Source: Eledone cirrhosa | Taxonomy: Eukaryota | Assembly (NCBI GenBank): GCA_964016885.1 | Contig: OZ024749.1 | Coordinates: 34,720,001 to 34,784,000 of the forward strand | Direction: 5' to 3' | Length of the DNA stretch: 64,000 nt | Shown: positions 53,143 through 64,000 of the stretch, one piece after another | Layout: every line of letters starts with the position of its first letter | How positions within the stretch are numbered: position 1 is the stretch's first letter | The notes under the pieces: model-generated | The model's input: only the letters and a program-made list of their open reading frames with translations | What the model was told of the DNA's origin: nothing | The model's database searches: none | Translations under genes and position numbers: made by a program

Positions 53143-53265
53143 TTCTTCTTCTTCTTCTTCTTCTTCTTCTTCTTCTTCTTCTTCTTCTTCTTCTTCTTCT
53201 TCTTCTTCTTCTTCTTCTTCTTCTTCTTCTTCTTCTTTTTCTTCTTCTTCTTCTTCTTCTTCTTC
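53143..53265. repeat. (CTT)n microsatellite
   Basis: Read directly from the sequence. Confidence 0.95.
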
Positions 53266-53574
53266 CATCATCTCCACAACCACTACCACCTTCATTACCA
53301 AAGAGGTAAGGCCAAACAGTTATTAACTATAAACAAGTCCGCCCTAAATATTTCTCTCCTGTCTTCAAAATGAATACGTGACTTATGCAGGGAAAATTTG
53401 ACACTTAATAAAATTGTTGATTTCAACAATGGAATCACCAGTTTTTACACATTTTACTGCAAACTACTCTAATCTTTCCCATCAACACTTATCCAGGGTT
53501 TTTTATAACGTTGTTTGTGAAGTTCTCTGTCCTTACTCTGATAACAGAATTAGTCTCCACTCTGTGTGTGTGGA

Positions 53575-54117
53575 TTGGACCTCCATCGGTTCTGATGACA
53601 AGTGCTCCAGTTGCTCAAAACAACAATGAACGTACAAGGGACTGGGCACCCTTAATGTAGTTTTCAGTAAAATTCAGCATGGCCCAATGTATGACAAGAC
53701 TGGCCCTTTGAATTACAGGTATAGTCCATCTTGTATTATAGTGCAAGGGGTTGATCCTTCTACAGACACATGCATCCTTTATGTGGTTCTCAGGGAGATT
53801 CAGCATGGCACAGTGTATGACAAGACTGGCCCTTTGAATTACAGGTATAGTCCATCTTGTATTATAGTGCAAGTGGTTGACCCTTCTACAGACACATACA
53901 TCCTTTATGTGGTTCTCAGGGAGATTCAGCATGGCCCAATGTATGATAAGACTGGCCCTTTGAGTTACAGGTACTATACATTATTTTTGCAGCTCAGTAG
54001 ACTGGAGCAAAGTGAAATAAAATGTCTTGATCAAAGACACAATGTGCTGCCAACAATCAAACTCATGACCTTAAAATTGTGACCCAAACACTCTAACCAT
54101 TAAGCCATGTTCCTTCA
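53575..54117 (-). mobile_element. Older CORE-type SINE with an internal 126-bp tandem duplication
   Basis: ATTCAGCATGG recurs at 53672, 53798 and 53924; tRNA head at 54040-54117. Confidence 0.8.
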
Positions 54118-54504
54118 TTATTCTCCATTGTGTGTGTACACACACATGCAGATACTGGACCACATGCACACACACACACACATACACATGCACATTATCT
54201 GAGACACATGTCTATATTACTATCAGCAGTGATAAACTATTTCTAAAGCTTAAAATGAAAACCACATGCATTTTATTTTAAAATGAAATCTGAACAAAAT
54301 TAAAAGCTGAAAGAAAATGGAGGTGTTGTTTTAGGAAGAATATCTAGGATGGCGGAAGGGGAGGTAGATTGTTGAATAGGTGATAAATAAAATTCCAATC
54401 AAGTGTTGGGGGCAATTCTTCCTATTTCATTTCAATCTCTTTATTTCTCTGGAATAAATTAAATGTGCTCCAACCCAAAGAAAGATTGGTTCTGCCAGGT
54501 TTAA

Positions 54505-54725
54505 CCCTTTAGCATTTAAACCAGCTGTATCCAGCCAGAATTCTTTCACCTCTTTCTGTTCAAACCAACCGTAACTGGCTGTTCATACCAATATTAAGTT
54601 ATTGTTCTCGAAACAAATAACATCAATATCTCGTAGATTCAATATTATGTGAGATAATTATGTAAGATAAAACCTTTACCACAAAAATACAATAGTACTT
54701 ATAGAGTAATGTAAATGTTAAAGGG
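54505..54725 (+). mobile_element. piggyBac-type MITE; an eighth, 3'-damaged copy lies at 55708-55901
   Basis: TTAA flanks and the family TIRs. Confidence 0.9.
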
Positions 54726-55339
54726 TTAAAATGCCATCACAGTGGCCCTAGGAATAACATATAGATGTAAGGAGGTATGTAGGATGTTGAATAGTATTTC
54801 GTTTTAGCGAGGCATGTAAGGCCTATATTTCAAAGAATTATAGGGGTATTGTAAGGGAGGGAGGGGGGGATTACACAGGGTTGACATCTGCATGTAAAAC
54901 AAATAGTTACAGGTGCAGGGATTGCTGTGTAGTTAGGAAGTTCACTCCACAATTACATGGCTCTGGGTTCAGTGCTGCTATGCAGCACCTTGTGAGTGGA
55001 ATTCAGTTGATGGAAACTGCACAGGCTTGTCTTATATATGTATTTGTGTGTGTATAAATACTCACACACACACATATATATATTTATATATACACACATA
55101 CATAGATATATGTATGAACATATATATGTGTGTGTGTGTGTGTATATATGTCCATATCTGTGTTTGTGTCTGTGTTTATGTTCCATAACTTAGCGTTCAA
55201 TAAAATAAGTTCCAGGCTTGAAAAACATACTCTGGGGTCAATATGATCAACTAAAATCCTTTCAAAATGATGTTTCCTAAAATCCCTTCAAAATGATGTT
55301 TCTTGGTGTTGGTGGTGCTTGTGCTAGTGCTGGTGTTGA

Positions 55340-55373
<34 letters not shown>

Positions 55374-58300
55374 GGTGGTGGTGGGGTGTTATCTTCTTCC
55401 TCCTCCCTCACCTCCTTCCATCAAGTGAATCCTACCTCTGCTCATCAAGTATGTCCAACACTGCCAGTGAAACAGACTTGTTACTTGTGCCCTAAGGGCT
55501 TGCTTAGTCAAGTTTGTCACACCCAATGTATGAGTGACAGTTCAATTTCAGGCAAAACCAGTTCATACATTTCCATCTGAGATTTAGTTATTTTGATATC
55601 AAACCACCTGAAACCACCCCTGGTTCTGTGATACATAACTATTTATTTTAAAGATTTTATATTTATCTAAAAAAAGTTCCATCATAATTTTATGTAAGAA
55701 CCTTTAACCCTTTAGCATTTAAACCGGCCAGAATTCTCTCATCTCTTTTTGTTCAAATCGGCCATAACCAGCTGCTCATATTGATATTACGGTATTGTTC
55801 TCAAAATATATATCAAAATCCATAGATTTGATAAGATAGTTATGTAAGATAAAGTGTTTACCATGAAAATACATTAGTAAATATAGAGTAATGTAAATGC
55901 TGTTCCACACTAGTTTAATATTGAGGAAATTAGTTATATTACTAAATCACTCCAAATTATTTGAAAATCATAGTCAATATCTTTTATTACATGAAAGGGT
56001 TGTTGTAGTATATGGTAGTTGTAGTAGGGGGACTTTCAAATACATTCTACTTATTTTTACTGTTTAGTTAGTGAGAGCAGAGCAGTGTCCATATCTCTTC
56101 TTTAATCTTTAGCCAGGGAGAAGGGACAGTACCCTTGATCCTACATTTCAGAGCCACCAAGGTTGGTGGAAAGGGGGAAGAAAAGTACCCTTAAACTGAA
56201 GACCTCACTTGAACACTTGCAACAAAGTAAATTCTGTTAAGGTTCCCAAGGATAAGGTGACCACTTAAGTCCACTACCCTGGTTGACCACAGTGGGATTT
56301 GAACTCAGAACAAATAATGCATGGAATATCTTTTGATGCTCTAAAAATTCCACTAATCCACTGTTCTGAACTGGTACATTACTAAAATTATTAATTACTT
56401 AATTACTAAGATAGTAACTTAACATAAGGTTTTTATATAAAACTATGCTAAAGTTAAGTTATTGGAACATAACTTAACAAATGTTCTTACATAAGATTAT
56501 AATTGTTTCTACGTTTGGCACAAGGCTAGCAAATACCCAGTGCATTACTGGTACTTTATTTTATCGACATAAGATTATAATGGAAGGTTTTAATATAAAT
56601 ATAAACACTTTAAAGCAAACAGTTTTATATTGAAGAACTAAAAGTGGTTTCAAGCAATCTGTTATCAAAAGGGTTAAACCTGTTTTGTGACTTCAGTTTA
56701 CTATAGTTTATTTTGAGACACCTTACAAGAAACTGAAGACGGGTTTATTAAAAAAAAACAAAAATAATAATAATAAACGTATGTTGTAAAAGACAACATT
56801 AAAGCCTATATAATGCAACTTCTCACATCTGTCCGACATTTCAGTGTCAGTTAGTACAGGAAGAGCTGGTTTACTACTAGACAAGAATATATATTTCACT
56901 TCTGAATACACAGGGCGTGATCGTTTGTATTTCAAAAAAATAACTGACCTGGCTGTGTTAGTTTGAACTCAGTGTTAAAAGTTTGCTGTCAAGTTAGGTG
57001 ATGAACTAAGATAGATTATTATACATTCTAAGCAACATTGTTGGTTGCACTTCCTGGTTGCATGGGCTTTTCCACATGAAAAACAGAGATCAATTGACAT
57101 TTTTATCATTTTCTGTCTTTATCAAATTTTACTTGATACCAACCTGATCAAAATTACCTCTGGTTCTCTGGATCAAAACTACCTATTTTAAAGGGTTCCT
57201 ATTTAAATTAAAATCTTCCAACACAGTACAGCTCTTCCTGTACTAACTAACACTGAACCATATGTTAAGTTACTATCTTAGCAATGAAATAATTAATGAA
57301 TTTAGTAAATCCCTCAAAATTCTTCATAATTAATTGAAACAGAGTGTAAAGTCGTAATATTGGTGCCACAATAAAATGAACCAACTACACTCTATAAAAT
57401 GGTAGTGATAGTGCCATGATAAAATATAGTACACTCTGTAAAGTGGTTGGTATTAAGAAATCCAACTGTAGAAATTATTCATTAATGTATGTGCAAGACA
57501 TGGTCCCTCGACTTGTCTAGTCTCAAACCTTGACTTCCAACCCATGTAAGAATGGCAAATGGACATAAAATGGTGCTGATGATGATGATAATGATGTACT
57601 TCATTAGAAATCTTATCATAAATAGCATGTATGTAGGTATCTCGGTTGACTGGCACTCAAGTTTAGCTGAGTCAACACCTAATTTAGGAATTGAAATAGA
57701 GTGTATTTTATTAGAAATACGGTCATGAAAATGTTAAAATAAACTAAGAGTAGAAATGAAGTGACAAAACAGGTTTAAAGTTTATTTATTTCATCCTTTG
57801 TTTTATGTTTTATGTGTTCTTGTAACTGGAAAATTGGCAAATATAAGAACGCACTTGAATCTGTTATTGACAGTGAGCTCTCAGTGGTTTTTTTCCTGCA
57901 GACTGTAGTCAATGACCATGACATACAACATCTTGCAAGAACCTTTAAGTTATATTCCAAACACCAACTTAATTATAAGAATGTTAGTCATATCATAAAA
58001 TTTATCAGATTTAAGATTATTTTCAAAATGATTTTTTAAAATGTAGTGTCTTTCATTAGAAATATGGTAATAAAAGAGTTAAAGTCTTTATATTTATCTA
58101 AAAACGTTTCATCATAATTTTATATAAAAATCTTTATTATATTATGTTCCAAATGCTTGACAAATATTTTCAAAAAATGATTTCATAATCAGAGACAATG
58201 TTTCTCATTAGCAATTTCATAATAAAAAGTTTAATAGTCTCTCCATCTCATTTTTACTCTCTGTCTCTCTCTCCTCCCACCCTATTCCTATTAATCATAT

Positions 58301-58649
58301 ACTTTTAATGTCTTCCTCTGTAACATGGCTCCGTCTACATTCCTCCGTCTATAAATACTTCCTCTATTTTTTCTACCTTTAATTCTCTCACACCAAGTCT
58401 CCTTCTTATTTTTCTTCTCCCTCCCTTTCTTGTGTTTTATCTTCCTGCTTCTGTTTTCCATAAAATAAACTACTAAAATCTACCCCCATCCCTGCCATTT
58501 CATCTCCATTCTCCCACCGCCCTTTGTGTTGTTCTGTTGTAAAAGATGGTTTTAGCCTCTAGCATTAATCACTGATATAGATTAGACATAATTGGCTAAA
58601 ACTTGGTTAGATCTGTCTATCTATCTAATTCTGTCTGTTTGTCTGTGTC

Positions 58650-59023
58650 AGCTGAAAGGTTCATAGGCTGACAATGATTCTCTCATGGAATGACCAAATA
58701 AGCTTTATTTTTCAACATAGTCTCTGGAAAGAAACAATGCAGTTATTAATAAGAAGAGTTGAAATTAATTGTTTCTACTTTAGGCACAAGGCCAGCAATT
58801 ACCCAGTTCATTACTGGTACTTTATTTTATCGACCCCGTAAGGATGAAAGTCAACCTCGGCGGGATTTGAACTCAGATCGTAAAGGGACGTAACTATGCT
58901 GGAAAGCATGGCGTCTGACCCTCTACCGATACTGCCAATCCACCGCCCTTGAAGAAGAGTTGAAATTAATGCATGCAAGATTCTTTCATAATCAGCCTAT
59001 GAACTTTTCAGCCCATGCTCGTA
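58650..59023 (+). mobile_element. Mariner-type MITE interrupted by a full SINE (58770-58950, minus) with a 19-bp TSD
   Basis: AAGAAGAGTTGAAATTAAT at 58751-58769 and 58952-58970. Confidence 0.9.
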
Positions 59024-59477
59024 TATATACTTTGCCTTTCATCCTTACGGGGTCAATAAAATAAAGTACCAGTAATACACTGGGTAATTGCTGGCCTTGT
59101 GCCAAAAGTAGAAACAAATTATATATATATATATTTATTAAAATAACAGATTAAAGTTTAAGCAGAGAGAGTGTGTGTGTGTGTATCCAGTTTAGAATAG
59201 GTACACTGTATTCCTCCATGTCATAAGAAGCAACTAAAAGGGTTGGTGTCGGAAAGGGCATCCAGCTGTAAAACATTGCCTCAAAAAGTTCTGTCCAACC
59301 CATACCAGTTAGGCTTGAAAACAGGTTAAAATTATTTATCCTTTTTTTCAATTTACAGGAAAATATATACATGGTATGTTTATATGTCTAGACACTAAAA
59401 CATGTCTCTTATACAGTCTCAGATACTTCTTTTCTGTATATATACAGGGAAAACGTTTTCAGATATATATCTATATA

Positions 59478-59679
59478 CATGAGAGTGGGCTGAAAAGTTC
59501 ATAAGTTGTCTATGAAGAAGTGATGCTAGAGTTGTGAAATCTTGCAAGCTTTAATTTCAACTCTTCTTATTACTAAATACATTGTTTCTTTCCAGGGACT
59601 ATGTTGAAAAATAAACCTCATTTGGTCATTCCATGAGAGATTCTTGGTCAACCTATGAACTTTTCAGCTGACCCTTGTA
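59478..59679 (-). mobile_element. Mariner-type MITE
   Basis: TIRs GTGGGCTGAAAAGTTCATAAGTTG / CAACCTATGAACTTTTCAGCTGAC in a TA context. Confidence 0.8.
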
Positions 59680-60502
59680 TAAATAACATTTGTTAAATTA
59701 TGTTCAAAGAACCATGTGTAATAATGAAAAAGTTATGTTACTAAATCCCTTAAAATTCTTCATTATATTCATAATTAATCGAAAATTAGGCAGTGTCTTT
59801 AATGAAATTTATAGTAACGAAAGGTTAATGTTGTTCTTGTTTGAAGTTCTTGTTTGAAATAATGATGGGAAGGCAACAGTAGAAGAATGTCTATGTCAAG
59901 CTGCCTCTGTCTGTCTGTCATCTCTCAAAGTTTACTTTCAACCAGAAGTGAGATTTTAATGATGACTACCATCACTTATAAACATGTTAACTGTTTCAAA
60001 ACTTCTCTTGGCAGATGTTCAAATTCTGCAACAAATCCAGTTTTTTTTTTTTTTTTCACTAAAATAAATCTTTAAAGCAAAGTCCTATTTCTGCATTAAT
60101 TATTAAGCAGTGTTTTGGGAACATAACTTAACAAAGGCTCTTAGTTCAAATTAGGATAGAATGTCTTTAGATAAATATAAACACTTTAAAATAAAGTTTT
60201 ATATCATAAAACTAGCAGTAGTTTTAGGCAGTTTGGTCTGAAAAGGGTTAAACCTTAACTAATATTGACAAGGTGGTGATATACTGCTAGACAACCAATA
60301 ACATTGTTATTGTTGAAATGTCAGTATGACCAGACATTGTCCTTAACTAGATGCCAGTCTTTCTTTGGTGCATTTCATAAAAGAATCCTATTTCAGTTTC
60401 AGCTATGTCACAATAGCAACAGTCCTGATTTCTCAAGTAAACATGGGATCTGTATTTTACAACAGAAGAGGGAGTAGATAAATAGATTAAGACAATTTTA
60501 TT

Positions 60503-60718
60503 TTTAACTCTTTTGATACCATCCTATCCAAAGCTGCATCTGGTTCTATGAAATGAAAGCAAGAATTTTAAAGGATTCATGTTTAAATCAAAATCTTCCA
60601 ACACAATTTTATATGAGAATATTTTGTTAAGTTACAAATACCTTCTTAGTAAGGAAATAAATAATAAGTTTAATAAATCCTTCCAAATTCTCCATGAATG
60701 TGATAATAAAAGGGTTAA
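60503..60718 (+). mobile_element. Representative of an older TTAA-type MITE family with many decayed copies (e.g. 37040-37197, 48710-48940, 51440-51790, 55590-56000, 56380-56676, 57130-57340, 57940-58083, 60100-60250, 62593-63001)
   Basis: TTAAC(C/T)CTTTTGATACC...AAAGGGTTAA termini; family core TAAGAACCTTTGTTAAGTTATGTTCCAAACACCAG, best preserved at 51540-51572 (minus). Confidence 0.6.
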
Positions 60719-61204
60719 TGACATTATTCAGTAGGAAGGTGGAAATGACCTTGGGAGGTCGTCACTCCTAATCCATTGAAATCAATATGGTAATAGGGCA
60801 ATATTATTTATTCATAAGGCTGACTAGACTGAAGCCTAGGGACCCATCAGTTTTTTTTTTTTGTTGAGGCACTGTTACTTCTGCCTTAAAGTTTCAATGG
60901 TTAAACACACTTTGCACTGTACCAATAAATATTTATCATCATCATCATCATTTATTCATCCATTTTTCATGTTGGCATATGTTGGACAGGTTGTCACAGT
61001 TTACCTCATCTCACACATACATTCCATATTTGGCATGGTTCCTAGAGCTGCATGCCCTTCTTAACACCAACCACCTTACAGTGTACCAGGTTACCGGTTC
61101 CCTTTTTTTTTTATCCATATCTCTATTCCAATATTCAGACAAGAGCAATAAAAGGTGGGAGATGATGCTTCATTTCAGTTTGTATATACACTTCTGAAGT
61201 ATAT

Positions 61205-61547
61205 ATCATCATCATCATCATCATCATTTCATTTTACGTCTGCTTTTCCCTGCTTGCAAGGGTGGGACGGGAACTGATTCTGGCTTGATTTCTACAGCTG
61301 GATGCCCTTCCTAACACCAACCTCATTTACAGTGAGTGCTGGGTGCTTTTTTGCCGTGGCACCTCCACGACCACTTTGCAGTGGAATGATAGGGACCCCA
61401 GTCCCTATCATCTCATTTCTACAGCTGAGTAAACTGGAGCAATGTGAAATAAAGTGTCTTGCTCAAGGAAACAACACATCACCCGGTCTGAGAATTGAAC
61501 TCACAACCTTTCGATTGCAACGCCAATGCTCTAACCACTAAGCCATG
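61205..61547 (-). mobile_element. Near full-length young CORE-type SINE
   Basis: Reverse complement of 10073-10404 with an (ATG)n tail. Confidence 0.9.
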
Positions 61548-62059
61548 ATATATATATTGAAGTGTTAGGAGAAGCCTGAAATACTTCAAAGTCTAGAGGC
61601 TCAGCCATAAGTTAATACGGCCTGGTGTGCTTGATATTTATCTTGTGTGAGGTACGAATTCCAGGGGGATGACATATTGAGAAAGAAGGATTGAGGAAAA
61701 GTTGTTGTGAGAGGCCACTATTTGGGGTTGATTGGGTATATAGATATGTTTCTTTATTAAAAATACATTCACCCACAGAGGGACTTGAATTTGCAACCCT
61801 CAGGTATATATGTAGAGAGTGGATTCAATATGGTATGTTAATGTGACTGCTGGCTGTTGGGGGAGAGGGTAATGGGGAGAGACAACATCATGTGGCTACT
61901 ACTGTTTTTTTGTTTTTTTTTCAAAATGATTTGGAAACCATAAACAGTGTCTTTCATTGGAAATCTGGTAACGAAAGGTTTAAATAGCTTCTATCATGTC
62001 ATGTTTTTACTGTACAGTAAACATCTTTTATATTCAAGTGTTGGTGTATCTCAAGCAAA

Positions 62060-62588
62060 TTTTTTTTTTTTTTTTAAGTATAAAATTCATAACTTTATTC
62101 ACAGAAAAATTTATTTAAAGAAATGAAGAATAGAAGAAAAAGAAGAGAAATTAAATCAAAGAAATTAAACAACGAAAGGAAATGAAGAGGGGGGGAAGTG
62201 TCAGATTCTACACCCCAGTCTGAATGGTATTGCTCAGCTGCATCCTACAGACAAAATAACAAAGGCATTACCATGGAGAATGCCCTGTGACGCCCTCTGC
62301 AAAAGCTACTCCACTTTACAGGCGTCCTTCCTCGGTGGGTGGCCATTTTTCCGATTTTTTCCAGTTGTGATGGGAGGCCAGCCATATCAAGGCTCCTTTG
62401 GATTAGGTAATTCAGAGCTGTGTATCAGGGAAAGTGGCCTGTGTTAAGGTGGCAGGATTGTTGGTGCAGACTGAACTCGTCAACAACATCTCCATAATGG
62501 CATCTGTGTGGCTCACACATTCAGAGTCGGTGACGCTATACCACTCCAATGTGAGTGCACTTGTCATCAAGTAGGGCACCATGGATTT
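62060..62588 (-). mobile_element. 3' relic of a CRE-like RLE retrotransposon with poly(A) tail
   Basis: Translation GALLDD..HIGVV*RHRL*MCEPHRCHYGDVVDEFSLHQQSC..P*YTALNYLIQRSLDMAGLPSQLE (zinc-knuckle region), then E*LLQRASQGILHGNAFVILS; AATAAA followed by A16. Confidence 0.75.
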
Positions 62589-63001
62589 TATCTTAACCCT
62601 TTCATCACTATATTTCTAATGAAATACACATTTAATTAATGAAGAATTTTTAAGGGTTTACTAAACTTATTATTTCAATAACATATGGTTCTTATATAAA
62701 ACTATGGTGGAAAATTTAAACTTAACTCTTAACTACTAGTGAACCAATCTTTTTGAAAATTTGCAGTATTAGAGTAAACACATTAATTTTTAATCTGATG
62801 CAGTCATAGTGCTGTTTGTTTGTTTTATTTAACTTTTCAAAAATGTTTTGTTAATGTGGTTTCATGTGGTACAGGATGTTAAGTGTTAAATAGGAACTGT
62901 TTAAAATACAGTTAATTACTGAAAAATTTTGAGTTAATGAATTCAATTTTTAATTATTTCATTAGTAAGATAGGAACTTAACATATGGTTCTTATATAAA
63001 A

Positions 63002-63705
63002 CTAGCTGAGGTACCCGGCTTCACCTGGGAGAATAGTTAAGAGAAGACGGATAAAAGAGAAAACAACTGTATTGGATGTGTTGTCTGGTATGAGGTGAGA
63101 CAGTAATGTGTGAGTATGTGTGAGAGAGACATAAAAAAAACAATCATAAAACTTCCTTATAGACTGGGGGAGTAAACTGCCGATTAAGTGGTAGCATTGG
63201 CCTTCGATTTTAAAGGTTGTGAAATAACCATAGTTAGTGTGATCATTTTCAGCTCCAAAGGACGTCATCTGAAACATAGCAATATACTGCATAACATGGC
63301 CTTTGAAGTGTTTAGCTTTGTTAGTACAGACTGTAAGTAGTATGGATAAGAGCTGGAGGGTAGATTAATTTCAAATAGTATCAATTTTTTTTGTTCTGTA
63401 AAATCAAAGATTGTAAACCGACTTTATAAAAGCTAACGCAATATTGTTAAACCTTCAAAGGGTCTATAGTTTAAGCCGTTTCTAGACTTTTGTGGGACGT
63501 TACACTCTCTCTCTCTCTGAATATCTAACAATTTAATTGTATCTCTCTCTGTATAACAGCCTATCTCTCTCTTTCTACCTTTCTCTCTGTGTTTCTCTCT
63601 CTCTTTAGATGTGTGTGTATGTATTTGTGTATGTATGTGTGTGTGTGTAGTTTTCGTGTGATTCAACCAACGAACCAATAAACATCTCTCATTTATATAT
63701 ACAGA
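63002..63705 (-). mobile_element. Non-autonomous Helitron, 704 bp, carrying a RepHel fragment
   Basis: 5' TCTGTATATATAAA; 3' hairpin-like CCCAGGTGAAGCCGGG, then CTAG; inserted between A and T; internal FQMTSFGA...TFKIEGQCYHLIGSLLP. Confidence 0.9.
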
Positions 63706-63843
63706 TTATGTTGGAAGATTTTAATTTAAATTGGAGCCCTTTAAAATGGCTGGTTTTGTTTCATAGAACCAGAGCTGGCTTTGTATGGGTTGGTATCAAA
63801 AGGGGATAAGTATTTGAGTAAAAAAACATGACTATATCATTGC

Positions 63844-63844
<1 letters not shown>

Positions 63845-63888
<44 letters not shown>

Positions 63889-63926
63889 TATCATCTGCAT
63901 TATCATCATCATCATCATCATCATCA
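63845..63926. repeat. (TCA)n microsatellite. Long (TA)n-based arrays also occur at ~1627-1716, 2402-2612, 3136-3567, 20532-21070, 39815-39975 and 44150-44370
   Basis: Read directly from the sequence. Confidence 0.95.
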
Positions 63927-64000
63927 CCATAATTACTATAATTCATTGATCACTATAATTCATTGATCAACTAGCAATAGACAAATGCAGTACATGATGT

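Noticed and set aside
61600-61760. Possible CR1/L2 3' relic (..PWNS..) on the minus strand; a similar hint at 24100-24350
   Set aside because: Too decayed to support by eye.

Overview
This is AT-rich eukaryotic non-coding DNA (intronic or intergenic) made almost entirely of microsatellites, minisatellites and transposon debris. The SINE, RTE and (TA)n content resembles an octopod cephalopod genome (inference only). I could not support any host protein-coding exon, and almost all ORFs in the track are microsatellite translations. Recognisable retroelements: a decayed RTE LINE (45275-47062); a second RTE family whose 3' UTR is built from a SINE body; at least four tRNA-SINE families; and 3' relics of three restriction-like-endonuclease retrotransposon clades (Hero-like, R4/Dong-like, CRE-like). 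Recognisable DNA elements: a full-length but inactivated DD37D (maT-type) Tc1/mariner element (31297-32597); TTAA piggyBac-type MITEs; TA mariner/pogo-type MITEs; and a precisely bounded non-autonomous Helitron (63002-63705). The most interesting layer is RNA-structural. Short unique islands inside (TA)n arrays carry Penelope-type hammerhead ribozyme motifs (two complete, several partial or degenerate), and most sit in large inverted repeats. Separately, the 3' UTR of the Hero-like element contains all three hammerhead strands in a non-canonical order, a candidate 'crossed' hammerhead. All assignments come from reading the sequence by eye. No searches or folding programs were run, so family names and ribozyme activity are unverified.
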